Below are positions 22,931 through 36,025 of a DNA stretch of 64,000 nucleotides, piece by piece. The stretch is from Lama glama (lineage: Eukaryota). Position numbers and translations under genes: made by a program. The stretch is from the NCBI GenBank assembly GCA_028534125.1, contig CM052823.1, positions 40,052,001 to 40,116,000 of the forward strand. Reading direction: 5' to 3'. The first letter of the stretch is position 1. Every line of letters starts with the position of its first letter. A model generated the notes under the pieces. That model was given only the letters and a program-made list of their open reading frames with translations, was not told the DNA's origin and did not search any database.

Positions 22931-24490
22931 TTAATTATTACAACTAAATTTCACACACTTTAAATAAATCTTAGAATTACTGTAACTTATTTTGCAGGAG
23001 GAAACAAGATCAGGAAAAACAAAAGGAGAACAAAAATCAGTCTAATATCAGTTCTATATCTACGGGTATTTCTGAGTGTTAGGAAGAGTGCGTTCACATC
23101 TATCCATGACTCTCAGAATGGATAGCATATGTCTTCAGCTATTCAGGAAGAAGAACCACATTTATCCCTTGTGATGGGCCAAAAAAATAGGGAAACAGCA
23201 ACAATAATGCATAAGCAGGAATTGAAAAACTACAGCTCTTCAGTATCTGACATACATCTTTAAGAACACAATTCTTTTTTAAAAAACGCTTTCCTTTTAC
23301 CACCAAATGCCTAATTTTAACGCTGAGGAGTCTGTTTCAGATCAGTAGGGCCCTTTCATCACTATGTCGTTAGAAGAATGTCAGTGTGGTGTTGATGTAG
23401 CAGCCGTACCCGCACCGGTGGGTGACAGGGTGAAGCTCGGAGCATTTGGTGCCAGGGTGGGGAAGGGAACTCAGAGCATTGCCACCAAGTTCTTCTTCCA
23501 GACATGCATCTGGAGGCGGTCAGCGAGGACCTATGTGATACACCGAGACTTTAAACCATTTTGGTTTGGCAAACGAAGTTTCTGACATAACCAAACATAA
23601 TAAGGATTCTGCAGCTATAGTCACTGGCTTGTCTCTAATGTCTTGATTTTTTTCTCAATCTTTACAGCCAAATTGTAAGAGTTGGGAATGAGAACCTCTA
23701 ATGGATTTCCTGGCACTATGTAACTTAATACATAATAAGATGAAAATCCTCTGAAAACGTATATGAAGGCCATTATGTTGACGAGAAGTTATCACAAGAA
23801 AGGGGAGAAAGTGAAAAATGTGTGTAGAATAAAACAATAAAAATTTCCTTATTTCATCAGCTTATCTTTTTACTTCTTTTTATTGGGAGTTCTAAACATG
23901 ATCAAAGTGAAATGTGTTCATTTTGCCTTGAACCTTCTCACTGAGGGACTGAAGGGGCGTTTCTCGAATACTAAGCAATACGAATTTCCTGTAGAGCAAG
24001 TGAGCTCCCTTCAGAAGTGCTCTGGAAGGAAAAATTCACCTAGTTTTGTTACCTTGCTCACCACCAAGTCAAACAAATTCCCGATGTCAAGTTGGACAGG
24101 AAGAGGGTTGTGACATTAAGTGTGACATTCCACTGAAGGTGAGATGACAGGTATATTGTGTTTGTCAGACCACGCACGGCTTCACAAACCACTTCCTGTC
24201 TGTAGGTCGGTTTCACAGGAGACGCAGACCAAAGCATCCTGCTGCAGTAGCACGGGCTGCCTGGAAGGCTTCCTCGTGCTTTTGTACAGCCTTCAGAAGA
24301 GACGTGAGGTCTAGAGCCATAAAGGAGTCGGTTACAATTCCTGGGGTGAAAGCATGGCGAAACTTTAAAGTAATAAGTGTACTGAAGTTGGGAATACAAT
24401 TATTTTCTTGAGTACTGATCACAGAGAAGATAAGATCATCTAATGATCCTACTCATCAAATGAGATGATCAGTGGGTCCATATGTAAGCT

Positions 24491-24623
24491 TTTTATTATT
24501 ATTATTATTATTGAAGCATAGTCAGTTTACAATGTGTCAGTTTCTGGTGTACAGCATAATGTTTCAGCCATACGTATACATACATATATTCTTTTTCATT
24601 ATAGGTTACTACAAGATATTGAA
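24491..24623 (-). mobile_element. Very short young L1 3' end with (TTA)n tail
   Basis: ttgaagcatagtcagtttacaatgtgtcagtttctggtgtacagc; possible TSD taagct at 24485 and 24624. Confidence 0.85.
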
Positions 24624-25529
24624 TAAGCTACCTTGATGGATAATGTCATTGATTTCATCCTGGTCTCTACTGGATTATGACTTATCTCAATAATAAAGCA
24701 AAACAAGTCCCCTCCTGCCCTGCCACGCCCCTCCTCAAAAAAGCCAAACAGAAACAAATGCTAATGTCACTTTCTCCAGAATATTAGGGAGTATGACAAG
24801 ACATGAGAGCATGACTTTGATCAGTAGTATAACATAGTCACAAATACTTATTGAGGCTTATGTTGAATGCTTGGCTGACGAATAACTGAAACACAGCTCT
24901 GAAGAGCTTACAGTCTACTAAGTCAAGTCTTCATGTCTCAAACAGAACCCGCGTGGCCAGGTGGGGTTGCATATTCACAGCAGAGGACTTTTGGAGACGT
25001 CTTTCACCTGCTGTGGTTCCTGTAGATCATTTTTACTTTATGTCTTTGGAGATGAAATTATTTTCACACTATGTAGAGCTGTCTGGCTCAAACCTCACAC
25101 ATTTCATGAAAAAAAGAGAAATCATTTCCAGGCTAGAATGAAGTATAACTTTCTTTTGCTCAACTGAACTTTTCACAAGCACTACGGAGACTCCCTGAAT
25201 TCTGGAAACACAGTAGAATGTGAGGTCAAGAATTTGGCAAGTATCTGGGGAAAATCAATTCAGCTTTAACTTAGCATTTTATTGCCTCCTCACAAAATGA
25301 ACCCAGAAGACATAAAGACCCATATAAACTTACTGATTTACAACTTTCAAGGTATTTTCTGTTTCTCTTCAATGTGTTTATTTCGCTTTAAGTGTTTCAA
25401 ATTGTTACTTCCTCCAAAAGGATATACACTGTCAATATTTCCAAAACATGAGAACTTCTCTAGCTGGGGCAAAAAGGAGAATGATTATAAAACTTCCTGG
25501 AGAGAACTTGCCCTATTTGTTTAATTCCC

Positions 25530-25640
25530 CTTCTAGACTGTGAGCAACTTGAAGGAAAGGATGCCTTGCTCATCTTTGTCACTAGGGGATGGGAGGTGCT
25601 CCAAAAATGTTTGTTGAATGAATGAATGAATGATGGATGG
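25530..25640 (+). mobile_element. L2 3' end
   Basis: ctagactgtgagc...aaatgtttgttgaatgaatgaatgaatg. Confidence 0.8.
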
Positions 25641-26230
25641 ATGAACGTCTGGGTCTTGAAGAAGGAGGTAGTAAGTAGAGATGGAGGAGATGTGGAGGAG
25701 GAGGGAGAAGCATTTACACAGCCTGGGAAGTATGGGAAGATGTTGGGGGAGGCATAGTGGCAGGCTCACTGGCAGTGTAGTTGAATGGATAGGCATGGTG
25801 GCAGAAACTCTGCAGTCATGATGGGATAGACATCTGCTTTTCCTGGTACTGTGACAACTGGTTTATCTTTTCCACATTTTGTTCTGTTCAGTTTCTCAAG
25901 GCCATGCTAGCTCAAGCCCCATAATAGGTTTCCATCTGGCCCCTATATCAATTTATGGGTAAAGAAGCCAGTTTCAGGGGTCCACTATGGAAGGCTAGCA
26001 GTCTGTGCACTGCACAATTCCAGAGAGCATCCTCCCCATGCAGTACAATGTGCCACAGCCCTGTGCTTCCTTGATCTCCTGTATGAATGATGGAATACAT
26101 TTACAAATTTATGAAGCCTGTAAAAAGAGACATACTTTTAAGTATCTTTTCTCTTTGTTCATTACACATTCTTTAAGACCTTCTGAGTCTTCCGTTTTCC
26201 CTGGTTGTGAGAGTTATATTGTAAAAACAA

Positions 26231-26234
<4 letters not shown>

Positions 26235-26286
<52 letters not shown>
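26235..26286. repeat. Perfect (TG)26 microsatellite
   Basis: Seen directly. Confidence 0.97.
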
Positions 26287-26288
<2 letters not shown>

Positions 26289-26364
26289 GCCTCCACATTC
26301 TAACTCTCAGTGATCAAAGGGTACTGGCTTTGAACCCTTTCATACTGGAAGGAGTTCTGGTAGT

Positions 26365-26590
26365 GGAATGTTTGGGTTCTGATCCTGGTTCTGTCACTTA
26401 CTGTGTGATCTTATGCAGGCTGCTTAGCTTCTCTGTGCCTCAGTTTCCTTACCTGTAAAACAGGAGTAGTAAGAGCTCCCACCTTATAGAGCTGATGTAA
26501 GAAATAATTTAACTAATCTGTGTAAAGAATTTAGCACAGTGATTGGAACATAGGGAGTGCTCGCAGGTGACAACAATTCGGCTACTGAAA
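26365..26590 (+). mobile_element. MIR SINE
   Basis: gatcctggttctgtcacttactgtgtga...tctgtgcctcagtttccttacctgtaaaa. Confidence 0.9.
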
Positions 26591-27254
26591 TAATTATTAT
26601 TGCTAGTACTGGACTACCAGGCTTGGTCTGCTGAGTAGAATTCCTGAGTCTCGACAGCTAGGACTGCCCACCTGGGGCCTGTCCCTTTCCAAAGGGCAGG
26701 CAGAGATACTCACATTCTTCCCAGGCTGCTCATTCCCTAAGGGTTAACCAGACCATCCCCAGATGGGGGCTGTTACATCACAAACACACACACACATTCT
26801 CAGCACACACGCAACCCCTCTGCTCCAGGAGCTGCCAACAACAATGCTATAGCATCAAGATGTTGTTAGGGTTCCCTTCCCTGTGTCTTTTTCCATCTGA
26901 GTCCATTGAAACAGAACTGTTGGATTTGAGAGGGAAATGGGAACTGAGACCTAGGGACAGCTCATGGGGAACAGAATTCTGATAGGTAAAATGGTTTTTG
27001 GCAAAGGATGACCACCAGAAAGGAGACAGAGGACCAGTTTTGCTGTCATCTTGGTGGTAAGTGTGTGCATTGTCAGAGTGTGAAAGGGATGGGGCATGTG
27101 TTATGGAGAGTGACGTGGAAATCAACAGTCAAGTTGGTGTGGGGGGACTAGGGACAGGTAGGCAATTAGAGAGGGAAAATCCACTAGCAAGTTGAAGACC
27201 AGAGTCCAACAAAGAGTAAAGATCAGAGAATTATAACACTTATTCTCTCATTTA

Positions 27255-27400
27255 ATCATTTACTCATTTATTGACAAATTGTTGTTGAGCAATGACTATG
27301 TGATCAGATGTGACAGATGCAGGGAACCAGTGGAGATCAGGGTCCTTACCTTCATGGAGCTTATGGTCTAATGTAGACAAAAAAAACACATTCTAGTGAG
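27255..27400 (-). mobile_element. L2 3' end fragment
   Basis: tcatttactcatttattgacaaattgttgttgagc...ccttcatggagcttatggtcta. Confidence 0.7.
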
Positions 27401-28084
27401 AAGTTGTACCCTGGGAGTGCAAGGCATTATGAAAGTTGGGGGCTGAGATGTGGTCTAATGATTATTTTTATTTTGATGGTTGGGATGTGCCACAGGAGTG
27501 GAGCGAGATGAGGATGGAGAGGTGTTCAGGGGTAATACCATGAAGAACTTCTCAGGACCAAAGGTAAAGAAATCTGTTCTTGATTTTGAGTGTACTCTGT
27601 GGTGTAAGGCTTAACCGTCAGATCTCAAGGACTAACCCAGGGAGGGGAACTGGGTGGTCATTTTTTTTAAATGATATAAATATATGAAGAAAATTCAACT
27701 GAGCATATTAATTGGAAGGTCCCTCCTCCCTTATGTTGTCACAGGAGGTGAAGGACTGTCCCTGCCTAGAATGGGGCATTTTCCAAAGAGAACAGAATAT
27801 CTTCAGGCCTTCCTAGCTCCCCTTCTGCATTCAAGCCAACCCTGGGGCAGCCTGTATGCTTGCTATGGGTGAGGTTTCATAAAGCTGTAAAGAAGAAAAG
27901 GAAACCTATCATTTATTAGCATCCTGGAGCCACGTGCAAATTCCTCAGCCTGGTCTTCAAGGTCATCCAACCTCTTCCACCTAAACTCATACTACTCCCC
28001 TGCGTGGATCCTCCCTTCCAGCCAAACAAGTCTCAGAACATGCTTTAATACCTCTGATCTGTCCTTCTTTAAAGGCTTAAGCTC

Positions 28085-28186
28085 TCTTAGACTCAATTTC
28101 CTCCCCCATAAACTGGGGACAATAATACCTTATGTAGGAGGTTATACAGGTGATGTGTCTGAAAGTACCTAGCACAGTGCCTGGCA
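28085..28186 (+). mobile_element. MIR fragment
   Basis: ctcaatttcctcccccataaactggggacaataatacct...aaagtacctagcacagtgcctggca. Confidence 0.8.
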
Positions 28187-28340
28187 GGAAAACATATTCA
28201 ATATCTTGTAGTAACTTGTAATGAAAAAGAAAATGAAAATGAATATATGTATAAGAAACATGAAAGGACATGCTGTACACCAGAAACTGACACATTGTAA
28301 CGGACCATACTGCAATTAAAAACAACAACAACAAAACATC
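28187..28340 (+). mobile_element. Short young L1 3' end with (AAC)n tail
   Basis: atattcaatatcttgtagtaac...tgctgtacaccagaaactgacacattgtaa. Confidence 0.85.
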
Positions 28341-28899
28341 ATTAAACAAACATGAGCAATTGCCAAACTCAAGTTCTAGATCCTCGTCCACATGTCACAA
28401 ATGTCAATACTCCAAGGTTTTCAGGGCTGGGCATGAGATGAGTGGTGAGACCTGGAGCACATTGGGAAGGGCATGCCCTGCTTAGAGGCAATGAACATGC
28501 AAAGAGACAAAAATAATGAAAACAAACACAAATCCATGCCCGTGTCCTCATTTGGCTTAAGCCCACCACCTGGGGATCCCGCTGACTTTTGCCTCCTTAT
28601 GTTATGTTAGGTTATAAATATCCATCCCCAGGAAATTCTTTTTCATCCACCCTATGTGAACTTATTTTTCACTTACTTCACATTCTCCATGGTGTGATTG
28701 ATATTTCAGTGTAAATGTTTTGAGTCTCAGGATTATTACAAGAATTAAATCAAGCTACATATGTAAAACCTAGGGCATGGCATATGTATTATTAACAGTG
28801 ACAATGATGATCTTGTAACTGTTTTAAATTAAGAGACTAAATCTCTAAGAGTTCCAGGAATCTCTTTCCTGTTTGTTGACTTAGTGAAGAGCAATAATA

Positions 28900-29160
28900 G
28901 CAATAATAATGGCTACTATTACTATTCGATTCAGTGATTAACCACATGACAGAATTTGCTCTAAGGGCTCCATATGCCTTGCTTGATTTCACTTGTGATA
29001 ACCCTCGAGGTAGGCTCTATTAGTATCATACCAATTGTAGAGCTGAGGAAACTGAGGCATGAAAAGGTAAGTATCTAAGCCAAGTTACATAGTTGGGAAG
29101 CGGCAGAGTCAGGATCCAAGCCAGTTGGGCTGGCCCCACGGCACGTGTACTAAACCACAG
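28900..29160 (-). mobile_element. MIR SINE
   Basis: gctgaggaaactgaggcatgaaaaggtaagtatctaagccaagttacatag. Confidence 0.85.
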
Positions 29161-29179
29161 CCCTGTGCTCACTCTGACC

Positions 29180-29455
29180 AACTTCCATTCATCCTCGAAG
29201 GCCCAGCTCACGTGTTACCTACTCTGTAACCTTCCACACAGAATTAGTTGAGTTACTCCATCTTCTGGACCCCCACAGCACTTTGAATATACCTCCCCTA
29301 TAGCAATGATCACGATGAACATTATTGTTCTATATGTGTATTTATCTGTATGTGAGTTCCTTCAGGAAGAATCTGCAAGTTACTCACTGTTATATACTTA
29401 GCACAGGGCTTGGCACATATTTGATAGACAAAAATATGTGTTGAGATTTAATTGA
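29180..29455 (+). mobile_element. L2 3' fragment
   Basis: tcatcctcgaaggcccagctca...tgtgagttccttcagg...cttagcacagggcttggcacata. Confidence 0.75.
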
Positions 29456-31067
29456 ACTAGTAGGACCTCAGTTAAATTTGATGTTCATGATGAGAGTGGC
29501 TATGAGAGATGGAACACGGATGAATGGAAATTTCAAATGATAAGAACCACGGTGCTAAGCTATTGACTGTCTCTACCAGGGGTTTTGTATTATTTGTTGT
29601 TCTTTTCTGGGCTGGAGTAGCTAAAATGACTCCGATCTAAGATGCCTCATTAAACCAGAAGCCACAAATATTTTTTAGCGACATGTCTTTCCAACCCATA
29701 CCTTCTGAGAAGTATTGGTTCATGGCAGATATGATCTGTGAAAGCCACAGAAGAAACAAAGGCTGTGCTGAAACCTAGGCTACTTAACAACAATTGTTAG
29801 TATTTCACCAGAGCTTGCAAAACAAGCCGAAATAACGACTGACGGAGGCTCAGCTCCACCCCAACGTGAGCCAAGGATCCATAAGAGTGCCTTCTGTGGT
29901 GCTTAAAGTGAATAATCCTCCCCCTTCCATTATTTCATCTAAATCTTGCAACAGCTCAAAGGAGTAGGCAGGAGAAGCTCAGAGGAAGGAAGAGACTTGC
30001 CTAACGTACATGGCCAGTGACAGATGGAGTCAGGATGAGGACCTGTTTTCCATACGACATGTACACAACATGCCAGACAGGATGGTCAGAGTCGCTATTC
30101 AGTATGGGAGGTTCCTGTCTGCAGTGCCCGGATCCAGACAATGAAGACAGGAAAGGGTTATGAAGACAGGGAAGGCTTTTGTAGCTGATGGAAAATGGAA
30201 ACCCTGAGAACTGGGCCAAGGGACAATCTGTTGAGGGTCAAAGAGAAGATGGAGGACATGAGTTAAGGGCTGGAAGGGCGTACTGGGTGGCACACACTTA
30301 TGGAGACCAAAAAAGCTCCTGTCACAGAAGGAGGTCATGTGTTGAATTTTAAAGGATAAAGATATTTCAAAGAAAGAGATGCAATAGGCATGTGTGAGGC
30401 TAGAAGACAGAGGAATTTTCAGTTGGTGTGAATGGTCTTGGCAAACTACATTCGTGTTCATGTATGTGTTTTAAAGAACCCTTCTTTCTCTATGCTGTCA
30501 TGATCTCACTAAGAGATACATCTGCTTCCTATGCCTGTGATCCCCATCGCAGTTCCCTGTTTCCACCTGTACTAGGTTTGCTGTCCGTACTACAGAAAGG
30601 TGGAGAAATCCACAATCAGGAAGTGATTTGAAAGTCATCTTTGATGTTGGCACATAAACTAGATATGAGTTTCCATATCCCTTGTTCCTCTGGCTCTTGC
30701 AGACTCTGCAAGCCCTGGTCTTGGATACTGTTCCTACGAACTATTCTCCTGTGTCTTGATGCCAGGCTTGCCCTGATCTTTGGTGTGTTCTGACTCCCCC
30801 TTGTCTCCAGTCTGTGGACTGCTCCTCTCCCCACCGCTGACCACAGGGCTCAGGCTGGACTTGCTCTGGGTCATGGCCACATCTGCTTGTTGCCAGTTGC
30901 CTGGTGCTGACAGGGGTCTCCAATGAACATCTACTTTCTTATAGAATGTGTAACCAGACCAGAAACAGTCTGAAGTAAGGTAGCATTTGCTCCATTTGGG
31001 AATAACCACTGATAGGGCATGGTCACAAAGATGCAGCTCATGTCCATGAGCTCTTACTGGTTGTAAC

Positions 31068-31135
31068 AGAGACAGAGACAGAGACAGAGAGAGAGAGAGA
31101 CAGAGAGAGAGAGAGACAGAGAGAGAAGGAGAGAG
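31068..31135. repeat. (GA)/(GACA)n compound microsatellite
   Basis: Seen directly. Confidence 0.9.
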
Positions 31136-31597
31136 CGTTAGTGCCCAGCATCTTCAAATGAAAAATGAGGCCAAAACATAGTGAATTCCCAAGTACAGCT
31201 AAAGGCACAGCAGTTTGGGCAGCTGAATCCCATTAAAAAAATCATGAGAAAGCTCTGTATTCCTGCCATTGTGGTGAAGAGGGAACACAAATCTCTGAGG
31301 GTTTCATAAAGAAAACACTCTGTGACCCAAAGTTCTGTAAAATCTTTAAGTTCTGTAAATCTGCTGAAAACTGAGAGTTTTGGGTCCCCCATAAGTCCAT
31401 GAAGGACATCTTCCTACAGCCCTCACCTCGGGAGGCCCCAGAAGGAAAATTCCACTCCCCTCAGCCTCAGCCAGGGATCGCCTGCAGTAGAAAGTCCAAG
31501 CCAGGCGGGCCCCTCCAGGTAATGCAAGACCAGAAGTCCTAATGCCCAAGGAGTGCAGACAAAGCTGCCTTTAGAGTCAGAGCCAGTCTCTTAAAAA

Positions 31598-32097
31598 NNN
31601 NNNNNNNNNNNNNNNNNNNNNNNNNNNNNNNNNNNNNNNNNNNNNNNNNNNNNNNNNNNNNNNNNNNNNNNNNNNNNNNNNNNNNNNNNNNNNNNNNNNN
31701 NNNNNNNNNNNNNNNNNNNNNNNNNNNNNNNNNNNNNNNNNNNNNNNNNNNNNNNNNNNNNNNNNNNNNNNNNNNNNNNNNNNNNNNNNNNNNNNNNNNN
31801 NNNNNNNNNNNNNNNNNNNNNNNNNNNNNNNNNNNNNNNNNNNNNNNNNNNNNNNNNNNNNNNNNNNNNNNNNNNNNNNNNNNNNNNNNNNNNNNNNNNN
31901 NNNNNNNNNNNNNNNNNNNNNNNNNNNNNNNNNNNNNNNNNNNNNNNNNNNNNNNNNNNNNNNNNNNNNNNNNNNNNNNNNNNNNNNNNNNNNNNNNNNN
32001 NNNNNNNNNNNNNNNNNNNNNNNNNNNNNNNNNNNNNNNNNNNNNNNNNNNNNNNNNNNNNNNNNNNNNNNNNNNNNNNNNNNNNNNNNNNNNNNNN
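31598..32097. other. Assembly gap (500 N)
   Basis: Ns. Confidence 1.
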
Positions 32098-33449
32098 TGA
32101 GTAGCCCGGAACCCTCTCTCTGGACTCCCTGGTCTGTCTCTGCTAGAATCCTCTCCACAGAACAAATCTTCCTCAGACACGAAAGAGGGAAACAACCTTA
32201 TTTGTAAATTCCATCTGTGTCCATAATAAAAGCAAGGGCCAGCGTCCAGGTAGAGTTTCTTTTCTTAGATAATTATTTGTGTGTGTGGCGGGGGGAGGGA
32301 GGGGGAGGGAGGTATGGCTATGGAAGAATCATATGAAATAATTTAAGAATATAAAGAAAATGAGCCTCCTTTCTCTCTCCCAAAAATTTACTACTACATT
32401 TCAAATGGGTCTATAAGCCTTTGACTCTTCAAGTGTGTATTGAAACAGAACAAAAGGACTCGTCTGAGGGAGACAGCATTTAGTTTACCTAGTCCATGGA
32501 AAGTAAAAATTCTTTGAAATCAAAGTGTTCCCTTTAAGGACTTTGTGTTCTGAATTCAACTATGTTCTCTTCTCAACCACCTTGGGCATTTGTTTTCAGT
32601 AAGTCTTTGCAAAGTAAACAATTCAACAAAGGACCTCAAAACTGTGCTTCTGACCAGCAAAATAAGTACAGATTCCAGATGTTTCTCATTTCTCCGTGTC
32701 ACTAATTCAAACTCAGAAATCTCTTGTTTATTGGACATTTACGTAATCCTAATGTTTCACATACCTCTCTTCCAAGAATCTCCTCTCCTGTTTCTGTATC
32801 CTTTCTCTTGCCAAAGCCATCTATGGGGTAATTTGTCATAGATGGAACTGGACCCTTCTAGTATATTCTCTCTAAGAAATATTTAAACTTATGCCCAAAT
32901 AAGATGTTATAATCATATATTACTTTTATCTGTTTATGTTAGCATTTAATGAAAAGTTAGGAAAATTCCCTTTCCTGAAATCTTTAAAGATTGGACACCA
33001 GCTTTGCTTTATAAGTTGAACAGAGCTTAGGGAGGTAAATCACATTCAAGGTCTTCTTCAGGTCCTTTGATCTTCTGATGCCTGCACTTGGGTCCTCCAG
33101 CTGGACTTGTGGTTTTGCTCCAAGGGCTGGTGGGCATTAGAGGAATAGCAGAAGCTATTCTGTGCTCTCCTAGCCCTACAGGTGGGCTATGGAATGATGG
33201 ACTTCCACACTTAATCGTGTCCCTAATTCTACCTGGTCCCGTGCTAGAGTCCCAGCACTGGCCAAGGAACTAGAACAGAGAACGGGGAGCAGACAACCAT
33301 AGCAACACATCTTCATAGAAAATATAACCTAGTTGTGGTGAAATCGGGCAAGCGAGAGACACTTGCTCTCTTCCCTGTGTGCCTACTTTTAATAGGAGGA
33401 GGTCTGAGGTGACATTTGTGAATTTACAATTCTATTAATAAAATTACCT

Positions 33450-33585
33450 TTAATCCTGGCTGAGATTTATTGAGCCAGGCACTCTGCTAATTGCTGCTGG
33501 ATGATCTTCATTATCATTACAACTATAGTAATAAGTAGATGCTATTACCTCCATTTTACAAATGAGGAAACTGAGCCTTAGACTC
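33450..33585 (-). mobile_element. MIR fragment
   Basis: ccattttacaaatgaggaaactgagccttaga. Confidence 0.85.
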
Positions 33586-34097
33586 GGATGCCTACTTACT
33601 GAAGAAACACGCATGCTATAGAGAAGAAATCATGCATATCTTTGCAGATGAGGGGTATCTTAAACAAACGCATTATGCGGGTAGCAGTTGGCAATTATTT
33701 CAGAATGACAGCAACCTCAGACATATTCTTTTTAGGTTTAGTGGATAATTCATAAGTATTCCCAAAACACCAAATTACAGGAAGGCTGGACATGAAATGG
33801 CTGCTGGACAGCTATCTAGAGATAATGGATAATGTATGGATCTCAAACATATTCTAAACTACAGAGGACATGAGCTCCTTTTGGACAACACAATCCTTTG
33901 CAAATGACTCCAGGGGTGACAAGTTAACACTTCCAGCCCACACGAAAATGTTAACACTCCTTGTAAAGAGAACGTCCTCTGGATTTCAGGTATAAAAAGC
34001 AACCGTCACAGACAACGGGCACCCTTTTACAGCTGTGTCTTCTGTGACTTACAGAAGCTTTCCTCCTCAAAGTGAAGAAAGGAGTTACATCAATTAC

Positions 34098-34229
34098 TCA
34101 ATCGACAACTTCCGCTGAATACTTAGTTTTGATGGAGTCCCCTTTAAGTTGTCATAAAGACCGTATGTTTGTAATGAAGTATGATTTTGTGAAGCAGACT
34201 TTGGCTTGCTGAATGAAGAATGAACAAAC
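34098..34229 (-). CDS. Candidate internal coding exon (132 nt, phase 2-2) of an unidentified gene: FVHSSFSKPKSASQNHTSLQTYGLYDNLKGTPSKLSIQRKLSI
   Basis: About 40-nt polypyrimidine tract ending cctgcag; donor GA|gtaatt; only one frame open; length divisible by 3; not repeat-derived; no recognised homolog. Confidence 0.4.
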
Positions 34230-34350
34230 CTGCAGGAAGGAGGAAAAGGCAATGGAGAAAAGAAAGGAAGAAGAGATATCAAATCCATCAGACTCCATCC
34301 ATCCAGAGGAGACAGTTTCTGTTCCTTTGGTTCATGAAGCTTCTCTAAAA

Positions 34351-34490
34351 CAGCAGTTCTCGAGCTTGTGCATCAGAATCACCTGCAAGGTTTGTTAAAG
34401 CCTCAGAAAGGGCCTGAGAATTTGTCCTGCTAACAAGTTCCCCAGGTGTGCTGACGCTGTTGGTCTAGGGACCACACTTTCAGACCACTG
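34351..34490 (+). mobile_element. MER5A hAT-Charlie MITE
   Basis: cagcagttctc...tgcatcagaatcacctg...gggaccacactttcagaccactg; degenerate 8-bp TSD ctctaaaa/ctctgcaa. Confidence 0.88.
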
Positions 34491-34740
34491 CTCTGCAATG
34501 GCTGGGGAGCCTGTTGGACTCTTCCCAGTTTACACTGCAGATATTTGTCCAAAGCTGACACTATGTTTGGATTTTCTAAACTTGGATTCTTTTGAAGTGA
34601 GCTTTACAGGTTCACACTTAGTACTTCTTACTTGATGAAATTTGGTAAGTTGCCAACCAGAAGCAGCTTTATGAGAAAAAAATAAAAGTGGATGGGAAGG
34701 CTTTTGAGAGAAGGGTAAGAGGCAATCAAGAAAGGAAATA

Positions 34741-34868
34741 CGGGGGGAGGGTACAGCTCAGTGCTAGAGCGCATGCTTAGCATGCACGAGGTCCTGGATT
34801 CAAACCCCAGTATCTCCATCAAATAAATAACTAAAGCTAATTACCTCCCCCCAAAGCTTTTTACAACA
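34741..34868 (+). mobile_element. tRNA-derived SINE (camelid vic-1-like) with perfect 13-bp TSD
   Basis: ggggggagggtacagctcagtgctagagc (A-box) ... ggattcaaacccc (B-box); TSD aagaaaggaaata at 34728-34740 and 34869-34881. Confidence 0.92.
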
Positions 34869-35933
34869 AAGAAAGGAAATAAAAATTACTCTATCATTAT
34901 AATTAATATTCACTTTGCACAGAGTAAATACCATTATCCCAAAGATATATGAATTGTATTTTCTATATCACTTTTTATTAGCAACTTAAATTTGCAGATG
35001 AAGAAGACACAAATACATCAATACAGTGACTAGTAAAGATGGAAATTTCATGATTCAGCAATAAATTCCATTGAATAGAAGGTGACAATATCAGAGTTAG
35101 AACTAAACATCCTAAACAATGTTAATTAATGTTCATTTTGACCCAAGTATTGTTTAAGATAAGGCACTAATTTTAGTAGCCAAAGCATTACTTTTTTTTT
35201 TTTTTTGCATTCTAAACTCTGTTTCCTAATGCAATGAAGTGGTATGTTTATTTGATGATTTATTTCTTTTTTTGGATTACCAAAAAATATGAGGTAATTA
35301 TAAGCACTGTAAAGATGTGTCTGAGAGGCATGCGTGTGTGGTGTTTGTGAGGATAAGGCAAATGGAAAGGGAATTTTCCAGTAAAAGCACTTTAAAAAAA
35401 TTATACCACTATTTACACGAGTAAGGGAGCAAATACAATGTTTTTCTTTGGTCAGGGAGTCAGTTCGCACGAGAGCTGGTCTCTGCACCTCTGCCTTTGT
35501 ATTCCCCATCATACCAAGTTCAAGGTTACTTAGGGATCCATTGGGGACCCATGCTTCTCCAACTTCTTCACTTACAAGTGTGCTGGCCAATTCTAACCAA
35601 ACTCTACCCCTACTCCCAGACACACTAATGGGCATCCTCGCACACGGGTCTGGCTCTTCTGGCTGCCTGCTCTTGGCAGCGTAGAGATAACTTGAATGTC
35701 TAGGACAATGCAAAACATTGCCTGCGGTGCTATTTCTCAGCCACCCCATCTCACTTCCATTTGGTCCAAAGGTAGTGGTCAGTCATTCCTGGAGCTTCGA
35801 TACTTGCTCCACTTCTCCCCTCCCTCCACATCCATTTCTGGATGAAGGCTGATTATGCTCATGCCTCTGCCCCTCCAAATCACTCTGATGGCTCAGAGAG
35901 TTCTGACTTGTGCATGCAAAACATGACTTGACC

Positions 35934-36025
35934 TTTTTTTTTTCCTAATGGAGGTACCGAGGATTGAGCCCAGGACTTTGTGCATGCTAAGCATGCACTC
36001 TGCCACTGAGCTATTACCCTCCACC
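35934..36025 (-). mobile_element. tRNA-derived SINE, same family as 34741
   Basis: Reverse complement reads gagggtaatagctcagtggcagagtgcatgcttagcatgcacaaagtcctgggctcaatcc; flanked by ttgacctt on both sides. Confidence 0.9.

Noticed and set aside
31539-32195. Long ORFs spanning N runs (also near 10.2k, 20.5k, 48.3k and 49.0k)
   Set aside because: Artefacts of translating assembly gaps.
34741-34815. tRNA-like A and B boxes
   Set aside because: Part of a SINE with A-rich tail and TSD; no full cloverleaf.
35126-35749. Longest gap-free ORF (207 aa, minus strand)
   Set aside because: No recognisable domain, passes through a poly-A-derived lysine run, no supporting splice or promoter context; consistent with chance.
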